A stretch of DNA of 64,000 bases from Anthoceros angustus (taxonomy: Eukaryota > Plantae > Anthocerotophyta). Positions 62,473 to 64,000 of this stretch are shown here, piece after piece. The stretch spans positions 310,001 through 374,000 of the forward strand of contig MU008195.1 in assembly GCA_010909165.1 (NCBI GenBank), given 5' to 3'. The notes below the pieces were generated by a model, which searched no databases, was not told the origin of the DNA, and saw only the letters and a program-made list of their open reading frames with translations. The first letter of the stretch is position 1, and each line of letters begins with the position of its first letter. Position numbers and translations under genes: made by a program.

Positions 62473-64000
62473 ATGGGAGACGCCGGCCATGGATGTTCCT
62501 CCTCTCGATCTTCATCCTCATCCTGGCGGGAGGGGCGGAGGGACGACGAATGCACCGACCTCACGGCCCTGCTGGCCGTGAAAGCCGCGCTGGTGGATCC
62601 AACCGGGAGCCAGTCAACTGGCAGGGGACGATCCTTGCGGCGCCGGGCGTGGCGGGGGTAATCTGCGAGCAAAATGCGCAGGGAGTGGGAACGGTGATTG
62701 AGCTACGTCTCTTCCGCATGGGGCTGCAGGGCGTGCTGGCTCCGGAGGTCGGGAATCTGCAGAACCTGGTGACACTGGATGATGTGAACAGCATCTCGGG
62801 AGCTTGCCACCTCCATCGGCAACCTCCCGCCCCTCCAGCTCCTGCTACTGAGCGGCAACAACATGACAGGCCCGTTGCCTCCCGAACTGGGCCGGCTCGC
62901 GACCCTCATCCGGCTCCAGGTGGACCAGAACAAATTCACCGGCCAGATCCCGACCACCTTCACCAACTTGCTCGCCATCCAGCACTTCCACCTCAACAAC
63001 AACTCCTCTCCGGCACCATCCTGTCAGGCATCGGCTCTCCCGAACGCGATGCACCTCCTGGTGGACAACAATCAGCTCACGGGAGCATCCTGACCTCGCC
63101 AACAGCTCCACCTCGAAATTCTCCAGCTGGACAACAACCCCTGCCTGGGCAGCCCATCCTGAGCTCCTTCGGCGAACCTGGAAGTTCCTGGCCCTCCTCA
63201 AGCTCAGCATGTGGGGGTGCCATTCCAGGGCAACATCCCCTGGCTCCGCAACATCCCTCCTCAAGTTCCTGGATCTGAGCCAGAACTCCTTTCCGGCACC
63301 ATCCCGGTGCTCTCCCTCCCCAACCTCACCTCCATCTACCTTCTTCCAACAACCTCTCCCAGGACATAGGCGGGCTAACCCTAGGGCCCGCTCCCATCCC
63401 TCCAGGCCCTCTTCCTCTCCAACAACAACCTGAGCGGTACGCGGACATCCCGTGTCCCTGCTGGCGCTCTCCTCAACCGGCACCGGCGCCTTCCCCGTCT
63501 CAACCCTGGACCTGCAGAACAACCACATCTCCGACTTCAAGGCCGGGGAGAACGTCACGCTCTGGCTGAGCGGGAACCCTAGGTGTTCGGGCGACAGCGC
63601 CAATTTCGAAGACTGCAAGGTGCAGTCGGAGAGCAGCTTCCCCCAGCCAGTCCTGGACTCCGACGGCAACAACAGGACGTTGTCAGACGCGGGCGGGTGC
63701 AGCGCTCTCCTCTGCCCCGGCCAGTTCCAGTACTCCTGGGCCGTGGACGGCCAGGCCTGCAGCTGCAGGCTCCCGTCACGCTCCGCCTCCGGCTCAAGAG
63801 CCCCAGCTTCCGTGTTCGCGCCCTTGGTGAGCAGATTCGAGAGCCACATCGCGGACGCCATCTCCACGGCCAGCAACGGAAACCTCCAGCTTCCCGTGGA
63901 GCTGGTGCACGTGCGGAACTATACCTGGCAGCCGGGGCCGAGGGTGGAGCCTTCCTCCAGCTCTTCCCGAACGGAACGGAGTTCGTGGCCGCGCAGGCGG
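62473..64000 (+). CDS. LRR-VIII-1 RLK paralogue RLK-B, 3'-partial, many indels
   Basis: Same signal peptide and LRRs as 50066-51408, but it diverges after 63824 (ttggtgagcagattcgag...cacgtgcggaactatacctggcag) into a paralogous juxtamembrane sequence. Confidence 0.75.

Larger units (their letters stand above)
39000..63814. repeat. Near-identical 12.4-kb tandem duplication: unit 1 39000-51408, unit 2 51409-63814
   Basis: Matching ORFs at a ~12.4-kb offset (40334/52751, 45542/57954, 47184/59607, 49376/61790). The boundary motif ttcgcgccct occurs at 39000, 51409 and 63815. Confidence 0.93.

Overview
Gene-dense eukaryotic plant nuclear DNA (~50% GC, ~80-130 nt introns). It is most likely a hornwort, inferred from a 'WW'-type PG box and extended L repeats in the PPR proteins. 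Frequent homopolymer indels point to an imperfectly polished long-read assembly, especially after ~39.5 kb. The left half holds GluTR-binding protein/PGR7 (runs off the left edge), a small Pro/Ser-rich membrane protein, an intronless APC6/CDC16 and a small membrane protein. Next comes a ~12 kb quasi-palindrome (arms 11788-15458 and 15759-23801, 300-bp spacer). It contains an essentially intact 5-oxoprolinase (OXP1) and an eroded inverted copy. The duplicated bidirectional promoter and 5' exon(s) are joined in frame to two different PLS-class PPR editing-factor bodies. Cytosolic IleRS follows, then a patch of orphan gene fragments (one eIF3d exon, a fasciclin-like piece). The right half is a nested duplication cluster of thioredoxin-like 3-3 plus intronless LRR-VIII-1 receptor kinases. 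A 12.4-kb tandem duplication has its junction in a 10-bp identity between two RLK paralogues, making the middle gene an ectodomain-swapped chimera. Each 12.4-kb unit also carries tRNA-Glu(CTC), an inverted RLK 3' fragment and an AT-rich island with an intronless OTU-protease-like ORF. All homology calls are from recognised motifs, not database searches.
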